The position numbers and the translations under genes are program-made. Shown here one piece after another: positions 45,587 through 46,774 of a DNA stretch of 46,774 bases. The stretch lies in NCBI GenBank assembly GCA_964410375.1, contig CAYPHR010000001.1:1-46774 (forward strand), written 5' to 3'. The DNA comes from an uncultured Anaerolinea sp. (GTDB lineage: Bacteria > Chloroflexota > Anaerolineae > Anaerolineales > Villigracilaceae). Under the pieces are notes generated by a model. The model worked only from the letters and a program-made list of their open reading frames with translations, had not been told where the DNA came from and did no database searches. Each line of letters begins with the position of its first letter. The first letter of the stretch is position 1.

Positions 45587-45763
45587 ATGTCCGAAGTCCC
45601 CTTAGAACCAGACCCTAGTATTCCTCCCGTTTGTTTATTCAATCTGGCACATTTCATCTGCCGCGGTTCTGCGCGGTTGTGTTTTTTTAATCAATGGTGT
45701 ACGGGGGCAGCCACCCGACTCCAAAATCCAAGTTGTAAAGGAACCCATGAACATAGGTGCTGA
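45587..45763 (+). other. Candidate Pro-rich leader uORF (MSEVPLEPDPSIPP..., 58 aa) overlapping the CNNM start
   Basis: 5 Pro in the first 14 codons, EPDP motif; ends 17 nt into the downstream gene, out of frame. Confidence 0.4.
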
Positions 45764-46774
45764 ACTCCTTATTATTATGATCCTGATTCTGGTGAACGGT
45801 GTCCTCTCTATGTCTGAGGCGGCGCTTGTCGCCTCACGTAAAGCCCGACTCCAGCAACAGGCAAATGAAGGCAACAAGATGTCTGCGCTGGCATTAAAGT
45901 TGATCGAAGATCCGAACATTTTCCTCTCCACCATCCAGATCGGTATCACATTGATCGGCGTCCTGTCCGGTGCATTTGCCGGTTTGACGATCTCAAGCGT
46001 GATTGCCACCTCTCTGGAAGATATTCCCTACATTGGGGCTTACAGCACGTCCATAGCGCTGGGAATCGTGGTTATTTCAATCACGATCATGACCATCTGG
46101 CTGGGAGAATTGGTCCCCAAGCGCCTCGGCATCAACAGCCCGGAACGGATCGCCCAAGTGGTGGCGGGACCAATGCTTTTCATCACAAGACTGTTTTCCC
46201 CCATCATCAAGTTGATGAGCAATGCAACAAATTTTGTCCTGCGCCTGATGGGAGTAAATCCGTCCATAGAGCCGCCCATCACGGAGGAAGAACTTCAACT
46301 GCTGATCGATCAAGGTACGCAGGCGGGCATCTTCGAAGAATCCGAACAGGACATGGTGGAAGGTGTGTTCAGCCTCGGCGATCAGCGTGTCTATTCCCTG
46401 ATGACACCGCGCACCGAGATCATCTGGCTGGACATTACCGATACCAAGGAGGAAATTCTGGAAAAGGTTGCGAACTGCCCCTACTCCCGCTTCCCAGTGC
46501 GGCAAGATTCGCTTGAAGCGATCATTGGCATCGTAAAATCACGCGACCTGCTCGTGACCTCCCTCTCCGGCAGGGACATCAAACTCAAGGAACTGGTCAA
46601 ACCTGCCATCTTCATTCCTGAAACCATGCTTGCTTCGCGCGCGCTTGAGATCCTGAAGGAAAAAAATACCGAATTACTGCTCGTCATTGACGAGTTCGGC
46701 GGCTTGCAAGGATTGTTGACCATCAACGACATCCTCGAAGAGATCGTCGGCGAGATGGAAGGCGAGGAACCACA
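45747..46774 (+). CDS. HlyC/CorC (CNNM) family transporter, DUF21 plus CBS pair; truncated by the window end
   Basis: Hand translation MNIGAELLIIMILILVNGVLSMSEAALVASRK..FLSTIQIGITL..GELVPK..MTPR..YSRFPV..VIDEFGG..DILEEIVGE. Confidence 0.9.
   Translation, partial: MNIGAELLIIMILILVNGVLSMSEAALVASRKARLQQQANEGNKMSALALKLIEDPNIFLSTIQIGITLIGVLSGAFAGLTISSVIATSLEDIPYIGAYSTSIALGIVVISITIMTIWLGELVPKRLGINSPERIAQVVAGPMLFITRLFSPIIKLMSNATNFVLRLMGVNPSIEPPITEEELQLLIDQGTQAGIFEESEQDMVEGVFSLGDQRVYSLMTPRTEIIWLDITDTKEEILEKVANCPYSRFPVRQDSLEAIIGIVKSRDLLVTSLSGRDIKLKELVKPAIFIPETMLASRALEILKEKNTELLLVIDEFGGLQGLLTINDILEEIVGEMEGEEP

Overview
Chromosomal, mostly housekeeping/accessory region of a bacterium, probably Chloroflexota (Anaerolineae-like; inferred from protein styles such as the YFxETGH-type secreted protein, not verified). 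It holds about 50 CDS and one tRNA-Ser(CGA), with no CRISPR array, integrase or transposase. Main blocks: pepF; an arsR-arsM arsenic locus with an unannotated 24-aa, 7-Cys peptide gene between them and repeated ArsR-type operators; a six-gene minus-strand operon joining a sigma-less partner-switching module (GNAT-like orphan, RsbW, 7TM-PAS-PAS-GAF-PP2C-RsbW fusion, STAS) to two tandem patatin lipases, divergent from TetR-SDR-DegV; M48 protease; GNATs; rnhA; rhodanese-sufE; two lipoproteins; a thiolase divergent from a 4-subunit 2-oxoacid:ferredoxin oxidoreductase; clpS with lipid-modification genes; split glutaminase+NadE; beta-CASP nuclease and RNase D; NfeD-SPFH; wecC/wecB; a UGA(Sec)-containing selD; and a truncated CNNM/CorC gene preceded by an MgtL-like Pro-rich uORF. 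The strongest novelty candidates are the Cys-rich ars micro-peptide and the partner-switch/patatin operon.
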